This document shows positions 10,044-20,457 of a DNA stretch of 64,000 bases, piece after piece. Source of the DNA: Nitrososphaerales archaeon (GTDB lineage Archaea; Thermoproteota; Nitrososphaeria; Nitrososphaerales; JACPRH01). Positions within the stretch are counted from its first letter, which is position 1. Each line of letters opens with the position of its first letter. Location: the NCBI GenBank assembly GCA_030745655.1, contig JASLOE010000001.1, positions 5,351 through 69,350 of the forward strand. Direction: 5' to 3'. Both the position numbers and the translations under genes were made by a program. The notes under the pieces were generated by a model that was not told where the DNA came from, did no database searches, and saw only the letters and a list, made by a program, of their open reading frames with translations.

Positions 10044-11360
10044 ATGAAGAAGGTCTTGATCATAACTAATCTTGCACATGCTGAACCTCGTATACCAGGC
10101 CTTATGAAATATCTCCCTGATTTTGGTTGGAACACGACTGTTTTGACAACATCAGAATACAATACGCACCTTTTTGATGATGATAATGTTAGACTGGACA
10201 AGAAAAATAGGATCATTATAGTACGTTACTTTGATATTCTTAATCACCTCATTATGATGATAAAGAAGATATTTGGTTATATTCCAGAAGAGAGCCTGAA
10301 AAGACAGGCGGATATACGGTTTGGTTTAAATTCACCAAAAACAAATATCATTAATCACCCTCTAAATTGGTTTAAAGAGGTTCTTTATTATCCAGATCAA
10401 GATAAGTTTTGGAAAAAATCCGCAATCATTACAGGTTTTAAACTTATCAGAAATCAACAAATAAATATGATAATGAGCAGTTCTTCACCTGTCACAAGTC
10501 ATATTATCGCTAAAGAATTAAAAAAAAGATGCGGTATCCCTTGGATAGCGGATTTGAGGGACCTTTGGTCACAAAACCATAATTACCCATATAGCTCATT
10601 CAGGAACTCGATTGATAGAAAACTTGAAGTAAAAACCCTCTCTAATGCAGATGCTTTAGTTACTGTTTCGAAGCCTTTGGTGAATCAATTAAAAAAAATA
10701 CACCCGAATAAAACTGTTTTAGAAATTACAAATGGTTTTCATCTAGATGAAATGAAAAAAGATTGTAATTTAACATCTAAATTCACTATCACCTATACTG
10801 GTCAAATATATTTTGGAAAACAAGATCCTACAAATCTCTTCGCTCCTTTGAAAGAATTAATCTTAGAAGGCGACATCGACCAAAATGATGTGCAAGTCAG
10901 ATTCTATGGTTATTTTGATGCTAGACTGACAAAAGTAATTCGAGAATATTTGTTAACTGATGTTGTTAAACAATATGGAGTAGTATCAAGGGAAGTAGCC
11001 CAACAAAAGCAGAGAGAATCACAACTTTTACTTTTTTTAAATTGGGAAGATAAAAGAGAAAAGGGAATATACCAAACAAAAATCTTTGAATATCTCGCAG
11101 CGAACCGTCCAATATTTGCAGTAGGTGGGTTTGGTAATGATGTGATTGAGAGATTACTTAATGAAACAAAAGCAGGAATTTATGCCCAAAAAGAAGACAT
11201 TAAAATAACCCTTAAGAAAATATACAATGAGTACAAACAAAAAAAAGAGGTCAGATGCCATGTAAGGCCAGAAAGTATCAATAGATATAGCTATCAAGAA
11301 AATGCTAAAACATTAGCTAAAAATTTTGATAAAATATTGGCGAATAGAAAACATCAATAA
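10044..11360 (+). CDS. Glycosyltransferase (GT4-like, GT-B fold)
   Basis: PWIADLRDLW, ITNGF, ITYTG, KIFEYLAANRPI. Confidence 0.85.
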   Translation: MKKVLIITNLAHAEPRIPGLMKYLPDFGWNTTVLTTSEYNTHLFDDDNVRLDKKNRIIIVRYFDILNHLIMMIKKIFGYIPEESLKRQADIRFGLNSPKTNIINHPLNWFKEVLYYPDQDKFWKKSAIITGFKLIRNQQINMIMSSSSPVTSHIIAKELKKRCGIPWIADLRDLWSQNHNYPYSSFRNSIDRKLEVKTLSNADALVTVSKPLVNQLKKIHPNKTVLEITNGFHLDEMKKDCNLTSKFTITYTGQIYFGKQDPTNLFAPLKELILEGDIDQNDVQVRFYGYFDARLTKVIREYLLTDVVKQYGVVSREVAQQKQRESQLLLFLNWEDKREKGIYQTKIFEYLAANRPIFAVGGFGNDVIERLLNETKAGIYAQKEDIKITLKKIYNEYKQKKEVRCHVRPESINRYSYQENAKTLAKNFDKILANRKHQ

Positions 11361-11420
11361 ATTAAAAAAAGGCTCTTTTTAACATATGTTACTTATAGGT
11401 AATTAAAGAGTATAAAGCGA

Positions 11421-12053
11421 TTGATGAATAGACCCCCAAAACAAAGTAATATTGATGAGATGCAATTTATTTCATACTATCATCAAATTGAATTACCGAC
11501 AAGAATAGGAGCAAAAAAAATATTAGAAATAGGAATTGGTGATAAGACAACATCGAATTATTTAAAACAACACAATTTTGAAATAATCACCTGTGATATA
11601 GATAAAAACAGAACACCGAATATTGTAGCAGATATCAGAAATCTACCATTTAAGAATAATAGCTTTGACACCATAATAACATTTGAGGTATTAGAGCATT
11701 TGCCATGGGATTACATAAATCAAATTATTGAGGATCTACATAGAATTACAGGAAAATTTGTCATTATCTCGGTACCTTACTCATCCCATCATTTCGAACT
11801 CGTAATTAAATTTCCTTTTATTCGAAAAATCTTAAAAAAAGATTTCATAAATATATTCTTTCGAATACCATTTCCAGTTCGCGACATTAAATCAATTGAT
11901 GAACCCCATTACTGGGAAATTGGGAGAAAAAGTTATTCTTTAAAGAAACTAAAGAAAGTTTTATTGAGAAAATTCAAGATAATTATTGAAACAAAACCTT
12001 TGTTACATTCATACCATTACTTTTTTGTGTTAGAAAAGATGAAAAGCAAATAA
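11421..12053 (+). CDS. Class I SAM-dependent methyltransferase
   Basis: ILEIGIG, LPFKNNSFD, EVLEHLP, HYWEIG. Confidence 0.85.
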   Translation: MMNRPPKQSNIDEMQFISYYHQIELPTRIGAKKILEIGIGDKTTSNYLKQHNFEIITCDIDKNRTPNIVADIRNLPFKNNSFDTIITFEVLEHLPWDYINQIIEDLHRITGKFVIISVPYSSHHFELVIKFPFIRKILKKDFINIFFRIPFPVRDIKSIDEPHYWEIGRKSYSLKKLKKVLLRKFKIIIETKPLLHSYHYFFVLEKMKSK

Positions 12054-12109
12054 ATGGGTTAAAAAATAGAAACTAACTGTTGACAAAATTGTTTTGGTAT
12101 CCAAAATAG

Positions 12110-12433
12110 TTAATCATTTTTTTCATCATCAATTTTTAGATATTTCATTATTTTTTCTTGATTTTCTATTATTTTCAATAGAGGTGGGTTGTATTTGGTT
12201 TGTTCAACAAAATCTGTCTCGAGCTGAGTTTTAAAATGCCATCTACCAACAATAATAGCTACTGGAATATACAAAAAGAGAAACACAAGAACAAACATTG
12301 TAAGACTAGTGAATATGGCATTGAAAAAACTCACTTGTTCTACAAGTAAACGGTAAAAAATTAAGATAAAGTTAGTTAAAGCCGTTGTATATACGAGGTA
12401 GGTTCCATGTCCTGAACGGAAGTATACCCACAT
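12110..12433 (-). CDS. Small membrane protein, two predicted TM helices, unknown function
   Basis: Two hydrophobic stretches followed by a charged helical tail. Confidence 0.65.
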   Translation of the reverse strand: MWVYFRSGHGTYLVYTTALTNFILIFYRLLVEQVSFFNAIFTSLTMFVLVFLFLYIPVAIIVGRWHFKTQLETDFVEQTKYNPPLLKIIENQEKIMKYLKIDDEKND

Positions 12434-12622
12434 TCTTCGGCTAAACCTAGTTTCACTAATATCTTGTATACGCTAAACCCCCAAAGCTATTCGAGTGCAC
12501 CCATCATATTTTTCCAACAAACTAATAAGGTTTGATACCGAATTTGAGACACAACACAATTTAAACTATTCAATGAGATATTGTTTCAGTCTAAACTTTA
12601 ATTAAGTTTTATTAATGAAAAG

Positions 12623-13885
12623 TTAAATTGATACGGGATCTTCGAGCCATTTATCGTATTTTACAAGAAGATTCAATGATTTCTCGATTGCATCGATATC
12701 TGCTTCTATCTCGATTGGTTTTCCGAAAATACGGGTTATTACATCAGCATCTTTTAGTCCGTGCCCTGTTGCTACGCAGACAACAGAATCTGTTTTTTCG
12801 ATTTCTCCTTGATCGAGCAGGTTTCTCAGTGAAGCAATGGGAGTTGCACTTGCTGGTTCTGCAAAAATCCCCTCTGTTTGTGCCAAAAGACGTTGAGCAT
12901 CGAGTATCTCTTGATCGGAAACAGTCTCAGCATGTCCTTTTGAATCATATATTGAATTAAGGGCTTTCATCCAACTTACTGGATTACCAATCCGTATAGC
13001 AGTAGCTACAGTTTCTGGAGATAATATAGGCTCAATAGTTCTCTGCTTCTTTCTGTAAGCGTTGACTATAGGTGAGGCTCCCTCCGCCTGGATTCCAATC
13101 ATCCGAGGTTTAGTTTTAATCAATCCAACTGCTTCAAACTCATTAAATCCTTTCCAGGCTGCACTGATATTGCCAGCATTACCTACTGGCATCACCATAC
13201 AATCAGGAGAAATTCCCAATTGTTCAGTTACTTCAAAGGCAATAGTTTTTTGACCTTCTATTCGAAATGGATTTATGGAGTTCAGAAGATATATCTGATT
13301 GTTTCGCTCACAGATTTTGAACACCATATCAAGTGAATCATCGAAATTACCTTTTACCTGAACTAATCGAGCACCATGAGCCATAGCCTGAGCAAGTTTT
13401 CCTACACCAATTTTTCCAGCAGGTACCAGAACTATGCATTGCATCCCAGCCTTTGCAGCATATGCAGCAAGAGATGCTGATGTATTACCTGTTGAAGCAC
13501 ATATTACTGTACTAACACCTAGCTCCCTAGCTTTGCTTATACCTACAGTCATTCCACGGTCTTTGAAGGACCCAGTAGGGTTTTCACCTTCAAACTTAAT
13601 GAAAAGTTTTTTCAATCCAATCTTTTCAGCAAGTCGTTTACATCTATGAAGGCCAGTGCCCCCTTCATTGAGAGTAACTATGTTTACCCTATCATTTACC
13701 GGAAGGAAATCAGCGTACCGCCATACTGATAGAGATGTGTCACTCCATTTGTTTACACTTATTTTTTTATGCACTTCTTCAAGATCAGTTACTACTTCAA
13801 GTATTCCACCACAATTTCCACATTTGTAGATAATTTCATTTACACCATAAGTGCCATCACATTCAATGCATTTCAGATGAGCCAT
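12623..13885 (-). CDS. thrC: Threonine synthase
   Basis: N-terminal CxxC/CxxC, ENPTGSFKDRG, CASTGNTSASLAAY, EGQKT, PVGNAGN, TGHGLKD. Confidence 0.95.
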   Translation of the reverse strand: MAHLKCIECDGTYGVNEIIYKCGNCGGILEVVTDLEEVHKKISVNKWSDTSLSVWRYADFLPVNDRVNIVTLNEGGTGLHRCKRLAEKIGLKKLFIKFEGENPTGSFKDRGMTVGISKARELGVSTVICASTGNTSASLAAYAAKAGMQCIVLVPAGKIGVGKLAQAMAHGARLVQVKGNFDDSLDMVFKICERNNQIYLLNSINPFRIEGQKTIAFEVTEQLGISPDCMVMPVGNAGNISAAWKGFNEFEAVGLIKTKPRMIGIQAEGASPIVNAYRKKQRTIEPILSPETVATAIRIGNPVSWMKALNSIYDSKGHAETVSDQEILDAQRLLAQTEGIFAEPASATPIASLRNLLDQGEIEKTDSVVCVATGHGLKDADVITRIFGKPIEIEADIDAIEKSLNLLVKYDKWLEDPVSI

Positions 13886-14016
13886 AATTAATCAGAGACC
13901 TAAACTTTCGACATATGTGAATAGATGTATGATTATTAGTCTTGCGGCACATTATTGATTTAAACAAGGGTAAAGGCAAAATACATCTAAGATTTGATAC
14001 TAGCCACTGAACAAAC

Positions 14017-15024
14017 ATGAGGCTAATCCTAATAGGATATGGAGTAGTAGCACAAAGTCTCACTAAGATACTTACTGTAAGGAAGCAAGAGATTCTCAAA
14101 AGGCACAAAATGCATCCAAGGGTAGTGGCTATTGTAGATAGAGGTGGATTGGCTTTGAATCCAAAAGGTCTTGATCTTGAGAAAGTTGAAGCCACCAAAA
14201 AGAAATATGGTTCAGTTGCAGCCATACCTGAATATGGAAGTCCTGGTAAAACTGCTCAAGATATCATTGAAAATTTAGATGCAGAAGTTGTAATTGAGGC
14301 TACACCAACAAATTTGAATTCAGGGGAACCAGGTATGTCACATATGGAAGAAGCATTGAAGTCTGGAAAGAATGTAGTGACTGTTAATAAGGGTCCTCTA
14401 GCGTTGGCACTTCCTGCACTTTCAGAAATGGCGACATATAATGATGTACACTTGAGATTCGGTGGAACAGTTGGGGGTGGAACACCAATTCTAGATTTTG
14501 GAAAGAAATGTCTTAGCTTTGATAAGTTAATAGCAATAGAAGGAATATTGAATGGTTCAACAAATTACATGCTCACAGAAATGGAGCAACATGGCACCAC
14601 ATTCGAAGAGGCCTTGAGTGAAGCACAAGATAAAGGGTATGCTGAAGCTGACCCTTCATTAGATGTAGATGGATTAGATGCTGCAGCTAAGCTAGTAATT
14701 ATGGCTAATTGGTTTACCGATAAGGAGGTAACATTAAAAGATATTTCCATAAAGGGAATACGTGACATCAAACCTGAAAACCTAAAAGAGGCATCAGAAC
14801 GAGGATTCGCTATCAAACTAATTGGAAGGATAGATGAAGAATTGAAAGTAGGACCTGCTGAGTTAAGGAAAAGTGATCCTCTGTGTATAGGAGGAACTTT
14901 AAACGCAGTTAAGTTTCAATCCGAATTTGCTGGAGATGAAATAATAATAGGGAAAGGAGCTGGTGGACCAGAAACAGCAAGTGCGATTCTCAGAGATTTG
15001 TTAGATATAAGAGAAAAGATGTAG
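14017..15024 (+). CDS. hom: Homoserine dehydrogenase
   Basis: LIGYGVV, VVTVNKG, GILNGSTNYML, GYAEADPSLDVDGLDAAAK, GAGGPETASA. Confidence 0.95.
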   Translation: MRLILIGYGVVAQSLTKILTVRKQEILKRHKMHPRVVAIVDRGGLALNPKGLDLEKVEATKKKYGSVAAIPEYGSPGKTAQDIIENLDAEVVIEATPTNLNSGEPGMSHMEEALKSGKNVVTVNKGPLALALPALSEMATYNDVHLRFGGTVGGGTPILDFGKKCLSFDKLIAIEGILNGSTNYMLTEMEQHGTTFEEALSEAQDKGYAEADPSLDVDGLDAAAKLVIMANWFTDKEVTLKDISIKGIRDIKPENLKEASERGFAIKLIGRIDEELKVGPAELRKSDPLCIGGTLNAVKFQSEFAGDEIIIGKGAGGPETASAILRDLLDIREKM

Positions 15025-15038
15025 GATAGCTGAAAAAA

Positions 15039-16442
15039 ATGAAGATAATTATGAAGTTTGGAGGAACATCTTTAAATTCCGCAGACAAAGTTAGAAACGT
15101 ATCTAGAATCGTGAAAGATCATTCACAAAATAATCAAATAACAATAGTTGCATCTGCTCTAAGTGGAGTAACAAATCTGCTGGAAAAATTAAGCAAACAA
15201 TCTAAGCATAACAGCAAAAAAATAATTGCTAATGAATTAGAGAAGTTCACTAAGTTACACACAAATATTTCTAAAGATTCAATAAAAGATCAGAAAATAA
15301 AAGAGGAAGTTCTTAAAAATATTTTATCCATAATTAATGAACTGAAAAGTGTTCTAGAGGGTGTTTATGCGATAGGAGAAATAACTCCACGGTCGAGAGA
15401 TAAAATTTTATCATTTGGTGAAAGATTAACGGTTATCATAGTCACAGGAGCACTCAAAGATATAGGAATAAGTGCAGAACCCTTCACTGGAGCCAAGGCA
15501 GGGATTGTTACAGATGAGAAATATGGAGAAGCTAATCCATTAATGAGTATTACCAAAATGAGAATATCTGAAATTCTTCAACCATTATTGAGTAAGGGCA
15601 TTATTCCTGTTGTAACAGGTTTTATGGCGGCCACCCAGACGGGTGACATAACAACATTAGGAAGAGGAGGATCGGATTTTACAGCAACTATTCTAGGAGC
15701 AGCCCTATCTGTAGATGAGGTATGGATTTGTACAGATGTAAATGGTATGATGACAACTGACCCAAAGATAATATCAGATGCTAGGACAATTTCTCAGCTC
15801 AGTTATTCTGAAGCTTTAGAGATGACTGTTTTTGGGGCAAAAGCATTACATCCAAGAGCAATAGAACCAGCACAAGAAAACAAGATACCTGTAAGAATAA
15901 AGAACACTCTTGACCTAACAGGTTCTGATACCTTGATTTCTAATGATCAAAGCATCATTAAAGGGGAGATAGCAAAATCTGTAGCCTTGATAAAAGATGT
16001 AGCTATGGTGAATATAGGAGGCGCAGGAATGGTTGGTAAACCAGGAATAGCAGCAAAGGTGTTTGAAACATTTGCAAAAGAAGAAATAAACATCTTGATG
16101 ATATCACAGAGCGTTTCTGAAGCCAATATTAGCTTAGTAATCCATAAACATAATCTTGAGAATGCAGTAAATACACTTGAGTTATCATTACTTAGCAGGG
16201 GCTTTGCAAATCGAATAAATGCAGAAGATGATGTATGTGTTATAGCAATAGTAGGCGCTGGAATGAAAGGGTCACAAGGTGTTGCGGCTCGAGTTTTTAA
16301 GGCAGTAGCTGATAAAAGAATTAACGTACGAATGATTGCACAAGGTTCATCTGAACTGAATATATCCATCGTTGTAAAAGAGAAGAGCTGTGAAAAGGCT
16401 GTAATGGCTATCCATAAAGAGTTTGATATGGGAAAATCCTAA
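15039..16442 (+). CDS. lysC: Aspartate kinase with ACT domains
   Basis: MKFGGTS, TTLGRGGSDFTA, TDVNG, GAKALHP, two ACT repeats. Confidence 0.95.
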   Translation: MKIIMKFGGTSLNSADKVRNVSRIVKDHSQNNQITIVASALSGVTNLLEKLSKQSKHNSKKIIANELEKFTKLHTNISKDSIKDQKIKEEVLKNILSIINELKSVLEGVYAIGEITPRSRDKILSFGERLTVIIVTGALKDIGISAEPFTGAKAGIVTDEKYGEANPLMSITKMRISEILQPLLSKGIIPVVTGFMAATQTGDITTLGRGGSDFTATILGAALSVDEVWICTDVNGMMTTDPKIISDARTISQLSYSEALEMTVFGAKALHPRAIEPAQENKIPVRIKNTLDLTGSDTLISNDQSIIKGEIAKSVALIKDVAMVNIGGAGMVGKPGIAAKVFETFAKEEINILMISQSVSEANISLVIHKHNLENAVNTLELSLLSRGFANRINAEDDVCVIAIVGAGMKGSQGVAARVFKAVADKRINVRMIAQGSSELNISIVVKEKSCEKAVMAIHKEFDMGKS

Positions 16443-16500
16443 AAGATATCACTAATAATTGGAAATCAACATATTCATATATAGAAAACCCATAGTGAAG

Positions 16501-17589
16501 ATGATAGACAAAATGAAGAAGACTGCCATAGTTGGTGCAACAGGGATAGTAGGACAACAATTCCTTACTGCATTAAAGGGTCATCCATGGCTGAAAATAA
16601 CGACTCTGGCAGCATCAATAAAATCAGCAGGGAAAAATTATGAAGATGCACTCCGAGATCCGAAAACACAAGCACTACGCTGGTACATTAATGAAGAACC
16701 ACCTGCAGAATTTCTAGAGATGAAAGTTGAAGATGCATCTAATTTAGATCCATCAAAATTTGATGTTATATTCACAGCAATAGAATCAGATCAGGCTAAG
16801 AAACTGGAGCCGAAGTTAGCAGCAAAGACCGCAGTCATTAGTACTGCATCAGCATTTAGATATGAATCGGATGTGCCAATAATTATTCCTGGAATAAACT
16901 CTGATCATATATCACTGCTAGATATTCAGAGAAAAAAAAGAGGTTGGGATGGATTCATAATTCCCATTCCCAATTGTACAACTACCGGATTGGCAATTAG
17001 CCTAAAACCAATAAATGATTCATTTGGACTTAGAAACGTAATAATGACATCAATGCAAGCAGTTTCTGGAGCGGGAAGAAGTCCAGGAGTACCTTCATTG
17101 GATATAACTGACAATATTATACCATTTATTCCAAATGAAGAAGAGAAGATTCAGGATGAGACCAAAAAGATTCTGGGAGTAAAAGAAGGTAATAATATTA
17201 AAGAAGCTGACTTCAATATCAGTAGTACATGCACTCGAGTTAACGTTTTAGAAGGGCATACAGAGAGTGTTTTTGTTTCCACAAAAGAAAAGTGTACTAT
17301 TAAGGGAATCAAAGAAGCAATGGAGCAATACACTGGAACACTTATGGATAAAGGATTACCATCAGCACCAAAGAAATGGATAGTAGTAAATGAAGATCCG
17401 TTTAGACCTCAACCTCGACTTGACCGTAATGCATATGGAGGTATGGCGACAACAATAGGTCGAATTAGAACCGATAATGTATTGAAAAATGGAGTGAAAT
17501 ACCTTCTGGTTACTCACAATACAAAGATGGGTGCAGCTAAAGGAGCAGTAATGGTTGCAGAGCTATTAGTTAATAGAGGATATATTTAA
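16501..17589 (+). CDS. asd: Aspartate-semialdehyde dehydrogenase
   Basis: VGATGIVGQ, PNCTT, QAVSGAG, RPQPRLD, HNTKMGAA. ATG 16501 (or 16513) preferred over TTG 16459. Confidence 0.95.
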   Translation: MIDKMKKTAIVGATGIVGQQFLTALKGHPWLKITTLAASIKSAGKNYEDALRDPKTQALRWYINEEPPAEFLEMKVEDASNLDPSKFDVIFTAIESDQAKKLEPKLAAKTAVISTASAFRYESDVPIIIPGINSDHISLLDIQRKKRGWDGFIIPIPNCTTTGLAISLKPINDSFGLRNVIMTSMQAVSGAGRSPGVPSLDITDNIIPFIPNEEEKIQDETKKILGVKEGNNIKEADFNISSTCTRVNVLEGHTESVFVSTKEKCTIKGIKEAMEQYTGTLMDKGLPSAPKKWIVVNEDPFRPQPRLDRNAYGGMATTIGRIRTDNVLKNGVKYLLVTHNTKMGAAKGAVMVAELLVNRGYI

Positions 17590-17704
17590 TCTAAAAATAA
17601 CATAACTTTTTTTGCGAATTTACGTTTACTAAATTATAATCAATATAATATTTATATTTATTAACAGTATTTAATTTAGACAATGGAGTTAGCAGGTAAA
17701 AATT

Positions 17705-18157
17705 ATGAAAATTGATGAAATCGATAGAAAAATCTTAGAATCACTTGTCAAGGATGCCAGTATTTCAGTACCCAAATTAAGTGAGAAAATAAAAGAAAAT
17801 CCTTCTGTATGTTATAGTCGAATTAAGAGACTTTTACGAAGAAAGCTCATTAAGAAATTTACAATAGTGGTAAATGAGGAAAATTTAGGATATCCAATGA
17901 AAGCAATTGTAGGTTTGAATACAGATATTAAACTTAGAGAAAATATTCTTGGAAAAATCAAGGATCTTCCAGAAACAAGAGTAATTCGGGAGGTAACGGG
18001 TAGATTTGACATTATGATGGAGATTAGGGCACGCTCATTAGATGATCTACATAAGATAGTGACTGGAAGTATTGGACAAATTGAAGGAGTTGTTAGAACC
18101 GAAACTTTGATAGAATTGAAGACAGTTGTACAGGATCCTTCATTCGAAAATAGATAA
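17705..18157 (+). CDS. Lrp/AsnC family transcriptional regulator
   Basis: IDEIDRKIL HTH and VTGRFDI RAM domain. Confidence 0.9.
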   Translation: MKIDEIDRKILESLVKDASISVPKLSEKIKENPSVCYSRIKRLLRRKLIKKFTIVVNEENLGYPMKAIVGLNTDIKLRENILGKIKDLPETRVIREVTGRFDIMMEIRARSLDDLHKIVTGSIGQIEGVVRTETLIELKTVVQDPSFENR

Positions 18158-18206
18158 TATCTTGAAAAAAGTCAAACATTTTCCAAAAAATCCATTAAAC
18201 TTTAGA

Positions 18207-19016
18207 CTAAGATTTACCGTTCCAAATGACACGTTGTGGAAAAGGTATCTCTATACCAGCTTCATCTAATACTTTCTTAATCTGTTGAACTATCTCAGTT
18301 CTAACCTCAAACCAGACTGAAGAAGGAGCCCACATTCGAATAGAAAGGTTTACAGAAGAATCAGATAGTTCATCAACGTAAACTAATGGAGCAGGTTCTG
18401 CTAAGACTAGTGAGTTTTCGTTAATTGTTTTAAGGATAATATCAATTGCTTTTTTCATTTCCTCATGGTATGCAATACCCACAGTTATGACTACTCTTCG
18501 GGCAACGTATTTTGAAAAGTTATGTATTGTTGAAGTGAATAATTTCTCATTAGGGATTCTTAGATTAACACCATCAAACGTTCGAATACTTGTGGATAAA
18601 ATATTGATTTCCAATATAACTCCATAAAGATGTTCATCAATTATCCCAATTGGATCACCAATAGAAACGGGTTTATCTATCTGTAAAAATATTCCAGATA
18701 TCAAGTTAGCAACAACTGATTGAGTTGCAAAACCTATCACGATACCAAGTATTCCACCTGCAAGCAAAACCCCGGTAAAATCTATACCCAAATATGAAAG
18801 GGCCGCCAGTGTTGCTACAATAATTGTAGTGTAATATATAATACGTTGAATCAGGTTTGAAGCATTTTCAGACATAACAGATGAAAGGAGTTTGCCAGAT
18901 GTCATTCTTGCTATTCTACCAATAATAATACCCACTACGATAACAATTAGAGCAAACAACAATTGACCCGCAGTGAAACCAAATCCAGGAAGAGCAGTAT
19001 CTATCCAGTCCATCAA
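18207..19016 (-). CDS. mscS: Small-conductance mechanosensitive channel
   Basis: Three TM helices, GIVIGFATQSVVANLISG, IPNEK, GIEIPFPQR. Confidence 0.92.
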   Translation of the reverse strand: MMDWIDTALPGFGFTAGQLLFALIVIVVGIIIGRIARMTSGKLLSSVMSENASNLIQRIIYYTTIIVATLAALSYLGIDFTGVLLAGGILGIVIGFATQSVVANLISGIFLQIDKPVSIGDPIGIIDEHLYGVILEINILSTSIRTFDGVNLRIPNEKLFTSTIHNFSKYVARRVVITVGIAYHEEMKKAIDIILKTINENSLVLAEPAPLVYVDELSDSSVNLSIRMWAPSSVWFEVRTEIVQQIKKVLDEAGIEIPFPQRVIWNGKS

Positions 19017-19777
19017 TATCCATGCTCCATGACGAATTTTCCTTCGACACCAAATCCTCCACGCTCCAAGAAACCTAACCTGAATTTCTTTACACTTTCA
19101 GCAGCCATTGGTACTTCTTTCAGTCCATGTAATGGAGGTTTGTTGTTTAGAAACAGTGAAGCAACGGTACCATCCTCGATCAATAGATTTGAGTCCTCAA
19201 GATAAACAGTGTCGCCTGAAAGATAGAGGTCAACCATATAGGCATCCATAACTATTTTGTGAACAGTGACCCAGTCTGCACTTTTGTTTTGAAATTTCAT
19301 TATTATTCCTGCTTCTTCATATGGTACTGCTTTTTCTTCAGAAGATATAATTGAGTTGTGAAGTCTGCAAATATACCCCATATTTGGTTTGCCATATAGC
19401 CCATATTTGGGAAAGGATAAGGAAAATGCATCAATCATGTAGTTACTGTTTTTGCTTATTGTAAAGACACCTATTTCGATTGGCATAGTAAGATGATGAG
19501 TAACTGATGATTTAGGAGGAAGTGCAATGGGAGATTCCAGATTAACCATTATATTATGAGCCAACTGCCGCGGCATCTGAATAGGTCTAACAGGGTATAT
19601 TGCGAGCTTAACTTTCCCTTTTCTTGAAGAAAAGACAGTTTTTGAAGATGTTTCTCCTTTATGGTCACGCCTATAAGTGTACGAGTCATCACCAGTCTTT
19701 TTTAAAGAAATTTGTTCATTTCTAAACTTAATAGTGAAACCATCTTCAATTGTATATAGACCGAATTTCTTCACCAA
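19013..19777 (-). CDS. DUF432-like protein
   Basis: PIEIGVF and KYGLYGKPNMGYICR motifs; overlaps mscS by 4 nt. Confidence 0.75.
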   Translation of the reverse strand: MVKKFGLYTIEDGFTIKFRNEQISLKKTGDDSYTYRRDHKGETSSKTVFSSRKGKVKLAIYPVRPIQMPRQLAHNIMVNLESPIALPPKSSVTHHLTMPIEIGVFTISKNSNYMIDAFSLSFPKYGLYGKPNMGYICRLHNSIISSEEKAVPYEEAGIIMKFQNKSADWVTVHKIVMDAYMVDLYLSGDTVYLEDSNLLIEDGTVASLFLNNKPPLHGLKEVPMAAESVKKFRLGFLERGGFGVEGKFVMEHGY

Positions 19778-19861
19778 AGTACTACCACGATTTTCTTTCC
19801 ATCAGAGATTAAAAGTTAGCTATATATTTATCATCATTGGAAAGATTTGAAATCAAAAGGC

Positions 19862-20242
19862 TCATTCTTTTTTTATGGATAGTCCCAATACACCTGCTAT
19901 AGTACTTAGGATCGGTGCCAAAAAACCTGCACCTGTAAGCAGAAAGACTACTGAAAGGATAATCAAGACGATGCCACCTTGTCTATCATTCAGTCGGACG
20001 GCTATCCATCCTAACATTATTATCCCTACAATAATTGTGGTAATTCCCGCCACCAAGAAATTAGGGATAATAGTCATAGCTGGAAAACAGTTGGGTTCAC
20101 ATTCTGTTCCACCAACAGCATTAATTATGATACTTGTCGGTGCAACATTTCCCTGTAACACTTCAGAATATCCATGAAAAACACCAAGAAGCACCGCTGC
20201 AACTCCAAATATTATGGCAACCATCTTTTTTTTAGAAGCCAT
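19862..20242 (-). CDS. Hypothetical membrane protein
   Basis: Three to four hydrophobic helices; HGYSEVLQGN and CxxxC-PAMTIIPNFL loop. Confidence 0.7.
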   Translation of the reverse strand: MASKKKMVAIIFGVAAVLLGVFHGYSEVLQGNVAPTSIIINAVGGTECEPNCFPAMTIIPNFLVAGITTIIVGIIMLGWIAVRLNDRQGGIVLIILSVVFLLTGAGFLAPILSTIAGVLGLSIKKE

Positions 20243-20457
20243 TCTAATTTTTTTATGGATTGTTGCAAGTATTTAAGGTTGTATTTAGGAGAATTGATTG
20301 ATGAAAAACAAGAGAATAATAGATTACATTATTCTGTTTACATATCTATACGTTCTCAGGTAAAAATTAAAATCTGCCATTACTAAAGAATAAGTGATCT
20401 TGATGAAAAATCTTTTACAGAAGTACATTAAGATAGAGAGGGAGACATTTTTACCCA

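Noticed and set aside
11369..11380. AAGGCTCTTTTT also present on the minus strand near 7804-7816
   Set aside because: A 12-nt low-complexity match seen only twice, indistinguishable from chance.
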